Positions 38,690 through 49,057 of a stretch of 51,734 nucleotides of DNA are shown one piece after another. The DNA lies in contig JAQGDQ010001255.1 in the NCBI GenBank assembly GCA_030141605.1, positions 1 to 51,734 on the forward strand, written 5' to 3'. A program made the translations under genes and the position numbers. Each line of letters opens with the position of its first letter. The stretch's first letter is position 1. Origin of the DNA: Tubiluchus corallicola. Lineage: Eukaryota; Animalia; Priapulida. A model generated the notes under the pieces. That model saw only the letters and a list, made by a program, of their open reading frames with translations. It did no database searches and was not told the DNA's origin.

Positions 38690-39365
38690 CTCTGGTGCAT
38701 TTTCTTTTACACTTCAATACGAAACTGCAAGTTCTTAAATGGGTCAAGTTGCCGCATCATTGGCACTAAACTCTGAAAAAAGCTCGTGACAATTTTTCAA
38801 TTGGTTGTGAAGACAAACGGTAGCACTTTCAATGAAATCTTGTGCTAAGCCTTAAAATTATCTACTGTAGCGTTTCTCCTTCTTATTACTAATATGTTGC
38901 AGTTGATTATGATTTTGCACGTCCATATGTTGCAATTTTTGCAACGTGTTTTCTAAGGGAATTTAAATAGACTAGTTGAATTCACTTCAAATAAAAAAGT
39001 GGCTTTTATTATAAAACTAACAATGTTTTGAAGCTTATTATTTTCTCCCTGTAACAGCGCAACAAAGCAATGTAATTTTCAGGGCAAAATCGAAATATTG
39101 TGGCAATAGAGAGTATAAGTACATGTATATACTACAAATGTAAAAAATGCATGCATCATAGCATCGGAAAATCAAGCCTAAATTTACAGGAACGTTAATT
39201 TAAAAACAAAACTACATAATAATTATATTCTATCTTGAGTATTAAGCTGAAAGGCCTCTTCGGCCCACAGCTATCTTGTAAAAACCCTGTGGCAGCATTT
39301 GGGATTACTTTTGTCATACAAAAAGGTCTGATCTCCACAGCGTGTACGAACTGTTCGTCCTCCAT
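38690..39365 (-). pseudogene. Harbinger accessory gene remnant (MADF/Myb-SANT N-terminus, BESS-like C-terminus)
   Basis: MEDEQFVHAVEIRPF/YDKSNP...LWAEEAFQL (with frameshift and stop) and FQSLVPMMRQLDPFKNLQFRIEV* at 38780-38709. Confidence 0.6.
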
Positions 39366-39619
39366 TATAAAAACGAGCTTATCCGTCCGCACAAAAAAAG
39401 GCCAAACAATTAAAGTGCGGAGCCGTGCGTATACATGGCTTTCCGTGCGGACGCAGTGGAAACGACATACACGTAAAACAATGGTATTCAAAGGCAGGCC
39501 ATTGTATCAATTTTTCCCGTGTGAGTCATATGAAAAAGTCTGTATCTGTGCCAGCGCAGTGGAAACACGGCCTAACTCCGCCACATTATCGTGTAGCCCA
39601 ATTCTTCCTCTTTCCAAAG

Positions 39620-40112
39620 AGCTATATATTTAGATATATTTATTAGTGTCGAAAATACAAACAAGGCATACGTACAATTTTGAAATATACAAAAAAAAAC
39701 AAGACATATATACAATTTCAATTATGAAATATAATGACACTATAATTATACAAACAAAACAATTACTAATACAACAAATATTATTAAATCTTCCTGTTAG
39801 TTATATTAGTTATTTAATGAAAAGTGTAATGATTAGTATTTAAAATAAATTGTCATTCATTAGGCCTCATTTTCAATGATACTACATAACATAGTATGTT
39901 ATTCATCATGTCTTAAAAAAGCTTTTTCAACATAATCAATAATTGCCTTAATTACTTCTAAATCATTACTTCCCATCAGGAATAAAAAGTTATCAGCATC
40001 GCTCGTAAGGCGAATTCTGGAATAATTACATTGATGTGCTTATATCATTTTCTCTAAGATCATTGTAATATGGACATTTTATAAGAAAGTGTAATTCGTC
40101 TTCAATTTCATT
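39620..40112 (-). mobile_element. 3' end of a LINE (ORF2 C-terminal Cys/His motif plus 3' UTR), RTE-X-like
   Basis: Minus strand EIEDELHFLIKCPYYNDLRE, then AT-rich UTR ending in AATAAA near 39640. Confidence 0.7.
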
Positions 40113-41387
40113 TCTTAACAGTATGAGCGATGTATATATCTCCCTTTAACACCCCAATCAGTTGCCGTACGGATGTCTTTCCTACGCGTTGTTCCCCTTC
40201 AGTCAAAACTAGAAAAACATCGGCTAGTTGCTGGACTGTGGACACCACGCGGCCTTCCCGGGATGTCCAAATACTCCTACTACACACATCTTTGAGCAGG
40301 CTAACCACCCATTAGCCATCACCGGTCCTCTCGAAATAAAAAGTAAGTTTTGCAGAAAAAACACGGGAAAATGGCCAGTTGTTGACGTTTTTGGTCCTCA
40401 CTTCCTCCCGGTGGACTCGTCGAAAAATGAACCACCAATGTTACAACCTTGGACTGATGTACACCATAGTTAAAGAAAGGACGTCACTTTGCATATAGGA
40501 TTATGTCATGTTACAGCTTTACATAGAAATGTAGAAAGATACATAACAAAAAAATTGGAAAGAACTGTGTATAGAGCATGAAAATTAAATAACTTATACT
40601 GTAAAGCCGCTGTAAAGACATTTTCAGGTAACTGACATTCATTCGAAAATTGTGACGTAACTGGTGGACTTCGTGGCATTTCGTGAATACATAGTGGTTT
40701 GCCGTAAGCGCGTGCTTAAATTATTCACACTTCTGCAACTTACTCAACGTTTATGGAAAAATATCACAAAATTAGCTATCTAATTTTTTTGCAAAAACTG
40801 GTACTTTTGACAGAAGTGCCCTGCTTTTCTTCATGCCAATGAACGATGTTATTTATTATTGGTGGAAGAAGAGCGTTCAAAATGGGAGCAACAAGCGCTT
40901 TAAAGTAATTATATAAATTAAACGATCAAGGCGCCTATCTCACTTTTCTACTTCGCAAAAGGATTAGGCTTTTGTTTAACCTGTAAGCAGCATAGTGTAA
41001 TATTCTCTAAAAAATATAATCATCGGAATTTTAATATTGTTTACACGCACTATGGACGCAGCCATTATGGATGCTCTTATGTTATGCACATCTTCGCTAT
41101 TCGGTGAGCACACCAGATGCTGACCGAAAGATAAACACAGGGCGATGAAACTTTAGAACCCGGTGAATTCCCGGTTTGGAAAACAAGAAAATAAAAACAA
41201 AAAGGATCAAACATAAGCTGATAAATTAGATTAAATGTAGACAAACATATGCGCTGTTAAAAAAGAGCAAAACAAATTGATGAAATTATAATTAGAAGAC
41301 TGAAAGTAACAAAGTGTAATGAACAGCCCACCCCTCGGTTACAATGCACAATCCATGGTAACTTAGCGACGCCGACGCTCAGGCGGC

Positions 41388-41395
41388 TATATAAA
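41388..41395 (+). promoter_or_regulatory. LTR TATA box (TATATAAA)
   Basis: GC-flanked CTATATAAAGGG, present in both LTRs. Confidence 0.7.
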
Positions 41396-41477
41396 GGGAG
41401 GGCCAGGCCATTGACCACACACATCCGAACACTTTCAAAGTGATAAAGAACTACAGCAACTAAAGATTCATCTAAAC

Positions 41478-41500
41478 ATGGAAAAGAAGCAGGATGAGAA
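41478..41500 (+). CDS. Predicted first coding mini-exon of ORF3 inside the LTR (MEKKQDE+AA)
   Basis: First ATG after the TATA box, context AAACATGG, followed by donor GTAAGC (GTAAGT in the 3' LTR); phase 2 matches the acceptor at 49057. Confidence 0.65.
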
Positions 41501-41569
41501 GTAAGCTTTAACTTACTAGATAAAGCTAGCTTTCAAAACTAGCTAGGATGTGTCAGAATCTAGAACCTA

Positions 41570-42466
41570 GAAAAGAGTTCCAGAAATGAAAAAAGTTCCA
41601 GAAACACTAGGTTCTAGAAACCAAAAGAGAAGCTAGAAAAGGGTTCCAGGATTAAAGCAGTTGCAGAGACAAAAATAGTTCCAGAAAGTTTCTAGATTTA
41701 AAAGAGTTGCTGAGAGTTCCAGGAAAATCCAAGGTCAAAACAGTTCGAGAAATTTCCTGGAATTAAAAGAGTTGCAGAAATTTCCAGGAATTAAAAGAGT
41801 TGCAGAAAGTTCCTGGAATTAAAAGAGTTGCAGAAAGTTCCTGGAATTAAAAGAGTTCCAGAAAGTTCCTGGAATTAAAAGAGTTGCAGAAAGTTCCTGG
41901 AATTAAAAGAGTTGCAGAAAGTTCCTGGAATTAAAAGAGTTCCAGAAAAAGAGTTGCAGAAAGTTCCTGGAATTAAAAGAGTTCCAGAAAATTCCTGGAA
42001 TGAAAGAGTTCCAGAAAACTCCTGGAATGAAAGAGTTCCAGAATTGAAAAGAGTTGCAGAATTAAAAAGAGTTCCAGAATTGAAAAGAGTTGCAGAATTA
42101 AAAAGAGTTGCAGAATTAAAAAGAGTTCCAGAATTGAAGAGTTGCAGAATTGAAAAGAGTTGCAGAATTAAAAAGAGTTCCAGAATTGAAAAGAGTTGCA
42201 GAATTAAAAGAGTTGCAGAATTAAAAGAGTTGCAGAATTGAAAAGAGTTCCAGAAATGAAAAGAGTTGCAGAAAGTTCCTGGAATTAAAAGAGTTGCAGA
42301 ATTAAAAGAGTTCCAGAATTGAAGAGTTGCAGAATTGAAAAGAGTTGCAGAATTAAAAAGAGTTCCAGAATTGAAAAGAGTTGCAGAATTAAAAGAGTTG
42401 CAGAATTGAAAAGAGTTGCAGAAAATTCCTGGAATGAAAAAGTTCCACTTGAAAAAAAGTTGCAGA
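41570..42466. repeat. Satellite array inside the 5' LTR, core AAAAGAGTT(G/C)CAGAATT, 17-18 and 29 bp units
   Basis: Direct periodicity. Confidence 0.95.
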
Positions 42467-42979
42467 TCACAAGTTAGCTAGCTATTGATCCGGGGTTATT
42501 CGAGATCTTATACAAATAAGTGAAAGAAGAGACTGGATCATAGTTTTGCTCACTTTTAGTTAAATATGGAACAGGAACATAGTACAAATACACAGGATTG
42601 GCATGAAAATTGCAACTGCTTAATCTTACTGAAACCTGGACTCTAGCATTCTTTGCATGACCAATTGCAATTGCTATAGAAGATTTCTTTAACTAGAAAC
42701 AAGAATAGTATTGATGATTGTGGATTTTACCTAACTAAAATTAGCTGTATTTTATAGTAAAGCCAATAGAATAAATTATTTTTAATCTTAGTTCACTTGT
42801 TGTTGCTTTTACTCAGTTTAAATTTGAATTACAAGTAGCCTCAAGATATTGTCAAAGCTGAACCCAACATTTTTTTTATGTAAAAATAAAGTAAAATAAA
42901 GTTAGTTGCAGAAGTCAATGATAGGTGGCACTTTAACCTAATATCATACCCTTAAGCCGAGCTGTGCCACACTACATTT

Positions 42980-42997
42980 TGGGGGCTCGTCCGGGAT
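42980..42997 (+). promoter_or_regulatory. Primer binding site, tRNA-Pro
   Basis: TGGGGGCTCGTCCGGGAT is the 18-nt complement of the tRNA-Pro 3' end. Confidence 0.95.
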
Positions 42998-43067
42998 TTT
43001 GAATTTTGTTTTGAGGCATTGTGATTCAAACTGAGTAAGAACGGCAAGCTGTAATAAAATTGGTAAA

Positions 43068-44495
43068 ATGACAGCTATATTATCCTACTTAAAATCCTTT
43101 CTGACTTCCACTCCTAAAAGTAGCACTGATACAATTGTGGGAGCACAAAATACAGAGGTCCACACAGAAAATGCTATGCATAAGATGGAAACAGATGGAG
43201 CAGAACAAGATAGAAAATTCAGCAAGAGAAGAGCAACACTCCCAGCAGCACTGCAAAAAGAAGAAAGCTTGCAGCCGACTACATTACAGATAACACCATC
43301 TGTAAAACCAAAAACAACTTTATCCAATCTCGGTACACCTAGTACTGAAAGCAAGCGAAAACGTGCGAGACATACAGGCTGGATTGAAGCACCACCTGTA
43401 GAAGTACATTCACCATGGTCAGAATGGTCAACAGAGGGAAATGCATCAGAAGCTGGTGAAGAAGTAGAACCAAGATGGCCACATATAAGTTATACAACAC
43501 CAAATCAGCCTGAAGTTGGATGGACACCACTGCCCCATCTTACCAGACAGTCAACTCCAACTGCGACAACACAAGCAAAAGGAGCAGGCAAAATACGCAA
43601 AGAAAAGAAGCCTCCTACTTTTAAAACAGGAGATGGCTTGCAGTTCAGACAATTTATTGCAAAGTTTGAACTAGTTGCAAAACACAACAATTGGCCAAGA
43701 ACTGAATGGGTTACCCACCTACCCTTATGCTTGGAAGGGGATGCACTTGAAGTTGCCATGGAAATGGATTTGGATTCTGGTGAAGTGACTTACATGTCAC
43801 TCATCCAAGCACTGGGTAAACGCTTTGATCCGGCTGAACGCATGCTACAACATCGCAGTGAGCTGAGGCATCGAATGAGAAAATTAAGTGAAACTCCGGA
43901 AGAATTTGGAGCTACAGTTCGACGTTTGTTTGGCTTAGCCTATCCTGGTTTGTCAAAAGAAGCTAGTGAAGCTTTACTAATTGATAAATACCTGGAAGGA
44001 CTTGGTGACATAGAAGTCAGAAAGCATGCCAGCCTCCAGGAACCAAAAACGCTTGAGGATGCAATAACAAAAGTTGCACAATATGAGGCAGTGACTAAGG
44101 AGGCCGCCGAAGCTAGAAGCAAGAAGCCGCTACAACCGAGAATCAACCAAGTGAATTATACACACAAAGCATCATCAAGCAAAGAAATAACTTTGGAAGA
44201 AATTATGAAAGAGCTGAACAGTGTAAAATACCAGCTGCGTGAACTCACTAATACTGAAAAACAAGAAAAGAAGTTTAATGTTGAATCAAATATGCAAAAA
44301 CAAAATGAGGTGAGAAATCAAAATGACTGGCGTGCGAAGGTTGAATGTTACTACTGTCACAAGCCTGGACATGTGATGAGATTTTGCAGAGAAAGATTTC
44401 CCAAGATGACACAGTTTTCGATAGCTACATCTCCAAAAAGACCAAGAGAAGAAGCTGTTGGTTCTGAAAACCAGGTACGCAAGCAGTTAAACTAA
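43068..44495 (+). CDS. gag: Gag polyprotein (475 aa)
   Basis: Capsid-like FIAKFELVAKHNNW...LEGDAL segment; CCHC knuckle CYYCHKPGHVMRFC. Confidence 0.93.
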   Translation: MTAILSYLKSFLTSTPKSSTDTIVGAQNTEVHTENAMHKMETDGAEQDRKFSKRRATLPAALQKEESLQPTTLQITPSVKPKTTLSNLGTPSTESKRKRARHTGWIEAPPVEVHSPWSEWSTEGNASEAGEEVEPRWPHISYTTPNQPEVGWTPLPHLTRQSTPTATTQAKGAGKIRKEKKPPTFKTGDGLQFRQFIAKFELVAKHNNWPRTEWVTHLPLCLEGDALEVAMEMDLDSGEVTYMSLIQALGKRFDPAERMLQHRSELRHRMRKLSETPEEFGATVRRLFGLAYPGLSKEASEALLIDKYLEGLGDIEVRKHASLQEPKTLEDAITKVAQYEAVTKEAAEARSKKPLQPRINQVNYTHKASSSKEITLEEIMKELNSVKYQLRELTNTEKQEKKFNVESNMQKQNEVRNQNDWRAKVECYYCHKPGHVMRFCRERFPKMTQFSIATSPKRPREEAVGSENQVRKQLN

Positions 44496-44572
44496 AGGAG
44501 ACCGGGCACGGGGCCAGTGTCCCGGTCATGAATACACAGGCCTCAGGAATACTACCTTGCACTGGCCCCGTG
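44486..44572 (+). promoter_or_regulatory. -1 ribosomal frameshift signal with pseudoknot
   Basis: G TTA AAC, 7-nt spacer, stem 44500-44506/44521-44527, loop 44507-44519 complementary to 44560-44572; pro is in the -1 frame and open to this site. Confidence 0.75.
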
Positions 44573-47500
44573 ACGGGAAAGCAAGAGGTAGTTGTAGCTC
44601 TGAACAAAGAAGAAGTAGTTATTCCTCCTCACTCCGATCTGATAAAGAAGAGAAGTGAGAACATTGTAGTTCTACCAGTAGATTATAAATATTGTTGGCA
44701 TGTAGAATTATTAATCAACAGTTTAGATGTAGATTTTGTAATCGATAGTGGAGCCAGTGCTAGCATATTAGATGTTTACATGTATTATAGTATTCCGGAA
44801 GAAGAAAGACCAGTCTTGAAAAGCGCTGAAAAGAATCTTCAAGCAGCTAGTGGACACACACTGATTCAAATGGGAGAAGCTGAATTCCAAGTTATATTAG
44901 CTGGAATAAGTCACACTGATTCAAATGGGAGAAGCTGAATTCCAAGTTATATTAGCTGGAATAAGTACCACTAGTACAATGATTGTCGCTTCCATTGGAG
45001 GGCCTTTCGGAATTTTAGGATTAGATTTTCTTGAACCAAGAAGTGCTGTGCTAGATATGCAGCAAGGAATTCTCCATATTGGTGAAGTTACTATACAATG
45101 TTTCAAGAATTCAGTGGATAGTTCAGACTATGAACATGAGTCTTCTTCAGATAATCAGATTGACTTAGTGTTGCCAGAAAATATTGGTGAAAGGGCAGCT
45201 CCAAAATCTCTGCTCCCTGAGCACTTGCATCAACTAATAGAAGAAATCAGCTCTAAGCTTTCACCTAGTGAGCAATCTTCTCTCATAAATTTGATACAGG
45301 AATATCAGGATATATTTGTGGGGCCCGATAATAAATATGGCAGGACAAACTTGGTAAGACACGTTATTGACACTGGTACTGAGCACCCAGTTAAACAAGC
45401 TCCGAGAAGACTGGCTGAACAGAAAAGAGCCATTGCTGAAGCTGAAATAAATAAAATGCTCAAAGAACAAATTATTGAACACAGCAACAGTCCCTGGGCC
45501 TCACCGATCGTGTTGGTGACTAAAAAGGATGGCTCCACACGATTTTGCGTTGATTATTGTCAGTTAAATGAAAAGACAATTAAAGATGGGTTTCCACTGC
45601 CAAACATTCAAGAGATTTTTGACACATTACGTGGGTCCCACTGGTTCTCTACTTTCGACCTAGCTAGCGGGTATTGGCAAGTTGAAATGGATGAAACGTC
45701 GAAGCCTAAAACAGCTTTTGTTACACGACAAGGATTATTTCAGTTTCGAGTGATGCCGTTTGGCCTTTGTAATGCACCAGCCACATTTGAGAGGTTAATG
45801 GAAGAAGTACTTAGAGGCTTACAATGGAAGAATTGTCTTGTCTATCTCGATGATATTATTGTTTTTGGCAAAAACTTTGAAGAGGCTAAAAATAATTTAA
45901 AGACAGTATTTTCTCGCTTGAGGAAAGCAAATTTGAAAATCAAGCCATCAAAAAGCACACTGTTTCAGACAAGTGTTCGGTTCCTAGGGCATGTAGTGGA
46001 TAGTCAAGGCATCCGATGTGATCCAGACAAAATACTGGCTGTAAAGAATTGGACATTCCCAAAAACACCTACACAAGTACGTAGCTTCTTGGGATTTGCT
46101 TTATATTATAGAAAATTCATTCCACATTTTGCCTCAATTGCAGACCCCCTTACTGCCTTGACAAAGAAAGGAGCAACATTTATTTGGAATGATTCATGTA
46201 TGGCAGCATTTAACACCTTAATAGATCTTTTAACACGAAGTCCTGCATTGGCATATCCAACACAGGAGGGAAAATTCATCTTAGATACAGATGCCAGTAA
46301 CTCTGGGATTGGAGCTGTTTTATCCCAGTTACAAGTCGATGAAGAGAAAGTCATTGCTTATGCTAGTAGGACATTAAACCAGTCACAAAGGCAGTACTGT
46401 ACTACAAAAAAAGAATTACTGGCTGTTATCACATTTGTAAAACAATTCCACCATTATCTATGGGGAAGACATTTTAGGATTCGGACTGATCATGCAGCAC
46501 TAACTTGGCTCATCAATTTCAAGAACCCAGAAGGTATGATAGCAAGATGGTTATCTATTTTAGACACTTATGATTTTAGTGTTGAGCATAGAAAAGGAAC
46601 ACAACATGGGAATGCTGATGGATTATCCAGAAAACCAAATACAAGGGTTAGCAAATGCCCAAGAGAGGACTGTAATGACGACAGGCATAAAGGCACGAAA
46701 GAAGCCCACAGTTCTAAAGAAATTAGCAAGAGGACACGTAACGATATTTTAAAAGTTCCAAACAATGCTGAGTGTGATTTTATCTATGCAATACCAGCTG
46801 GAAATGGAGAAGAGGAAAGCAGTAGTTTCAGAAAAGGTAAAGTAAGATGTAGAAAAGAATGCTTATGCATGGAAGGTAATTCCAGAAAGGGGGAAGATGG
46901 ACTTGACAATGTTTATGAAGACCAGGAAGCAGCGCACAGACTGTGCATAACAGAGGCACCTACTTGTGGAAAGGATGCAGCGCACGACTTGTGTTCTGTA
47001 GAGGCTCCTGGTGATATCAGGGAAGCAGCGCAGAAATCGTGTTTGGTAGAGGCTCCTCCTCATATGGAAGAAGCAGCGCACGATTTGTGTTTAGGAGAGG
47101 CTCCCTATATGGCTGAGGAAGCAGCGCATGGTTCATGTTTTGTAGTGGCTCCCAGCAGAATATTGGCAAGTCAAGAAATAGAGGTAGAAGATGAAGAAGA
47201 GAAAAAGTTTGTTTTAGATTTGTCAAGAGAAGATGTTATTAACATGCAACAGGAAGAGGAAGCAGTTTTGTTATTCAAGGAGTTGAAAGAAGAAGATTTG
47301 GACCGACCCAGCTGGAAAGATGTGAAAGATAAACACCCAGATTTCAAGGCATACTGGAACTTGTTTGATGTATTAGAGGTACGAGATGGATTGCTGTACA
47401 AGAAGTGGGAAACAGATGTAACACCAAGTGCTCCTGTATACCAGATGGTTGTACCAACTGCATTACGAAGGAAATTATTTAGAGCTTTGCATGAAACCAG

Positions 47501-48768
47501 AACTGGTGCACACCAAGGAATACAGAGGAGTCTGTCATTATTAAAGCAACGGTATTACTGGCCAGGTTATCAGGCAGACATTAAAAGATGGTGCCTATAT
47601 TGTGCTGCTTGTGCCAGAAGAAAACCTGGAAAAGGACCAAAAAGAGGTAAACTGCAACAACAGAGGGCAACTGGACCATTTGAAAGAATAGCAATAGACA
47701 TTTTAGGACCACTAGAAGAGACTGATAAGAAAAATAAGGTGGTGATGGTCGTCTGTGACTATTTTACAAAATGGGCCGAAGCCTATGCACTTCCTAATCA
47801 CGAGGCATATACTGTTGCAGATGTGTTGGTGACCGAATTTATATGCAGGTTTGGAGTACCAATTCAAATACATAGTGACCAAGGGCCAGACTTTGAGTCA
47901 AAGTTATTTCAAGAAATGTGTGCTGCTTTGCAGATTGACAAAACAAGGACAACCCCGTATCATCCACAATCAGATGGTCTCGTTGAGAGATTTATGAGGA
48001 CATTACAGCAAATGCTGGCTATATTTGTTAACGATCATCGTGATGACTGGGATGACCACCTCCCTTATGTCATGATGGCATACAGGGCAACCGCACATGC
48101 GTCTACCAATTGCTCGCCAAACTTAATGATGTTTGGTAGGGAAAACCATTTGCCATTAGATGTGATGGTGGGACCTCCACCACAGCCAGAAAGACCTACA
48201 CAGTGTCCACAGGAATACGTAGAATGGATAAGAGATGTTATAAAAGAGGCACACAATTTTGCTCGAGAATCACTGGGAAAAGCTGCAGAAAGACAAAAAC
48301 GAGATTATGATCAATTTGTGAAAAGGCTTAGCATTGATAAAGGTAACTGGGTATGGTACTGGTATCCACCAGCTACCAGGAGAAAATTAGGCCAAGGCTG
48401 GCAAGGCCCATATCTAGTACTAAAGAAGATTAATAATGTGACATACCAAATCCAGAGAGATGCAAAAGCTCCTGTTAAAGTAGTTCATATTGACAACTTG
48501 AAGCTTTATCATACTGATGAACCACCAATAGACTGGACAGAAATAGAGAAACTAGCAAATTCTGATGATGAACAGCAACTAGAAGAATTTGAATTGAGTA
48601 GAATTTTTCCTACAGTTAATGAAGAAGTAGCAGAGAAAGAAGAAATGTATACAACAGGAACTACCACAATTCAAGAAAAAAAATGATGAACCGTCCAGTA
48701 GCACTTCTGACACAATGCTAGGAAGAGGACAGCGGATGAGGAAACCTCCAAACAGACTTGACCTATAA
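44486..48768 (+). pseudogene. pol: Pol (PR, RT, RNase H, IN), frameshifted by a 55-bp duplication and in an A8 run near the C-terminus
   Basis: PR FVIDSGAS; RT SPWASP, MPFGLCNAPATF, YLDD; RH DTDAS, TKKELLA, RTDH; IN HHCC, IDILGP, HSDQG, GLVER, GPY. Confidence 0.95.
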
Positions 48769-49057
48769 CTTAACCATATTTTCTTCCTTTCCTCTGCTGC
48801 TGCATTAATTTTCTGTTAAAAGCTGTTATCTGGATTAGTTGCCCTGGGCAAGGCATTAAACTGCATCCAGCATAAGAAAAAAAAATATAGAAAAGTATGA
48901 GTTAGTGACACTTGATAATCACATGTCACTTAGAAATGTGTCACTTATTACAATTACAATGTAGAAAAAAAAGAAATAGGCAAAGGTACCTTAGTAAAAA
49001 AAAAACGTAACAGTGGAAAATGAAGTTATTAAAACACTGTTATTTTGTCTATTTTAG

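Larger units (their letters stand above)
37913..39572. mobile_element. Internally deleted PIF/Harbinger DNA transposon
   Basis: TAA|GGCCGCGTTTCCACTGCG ... CGCAGTGGAAACACGGCC|TAA; transposase and MADF-type gene remnants in convergent orientation. Confidence 0.9.
40996..42976 (+). repeat. 5' LTR (1981 bp, TGTA...TACA)
   Basis: Near-identical to 50460 onward; ends 3 nt before the PBS. Confidence 0.93.

Noticed and set aside
41912-42470. Repetitive ORFs (KRVPELKRVAEL...) in the LTR
   Set aside because: By-products of a satellite with 18-bp units; non-ATG starts, and frame not kept in the other LTR.
49020-49057. ATG at 49020 as the ORF3 start
   Set aside because: The first 13 codons (MKLLKHCYFVYFR) coincide with a pyrimidine tract and AG and look intronic; not excluded, but the spliced start fits better.
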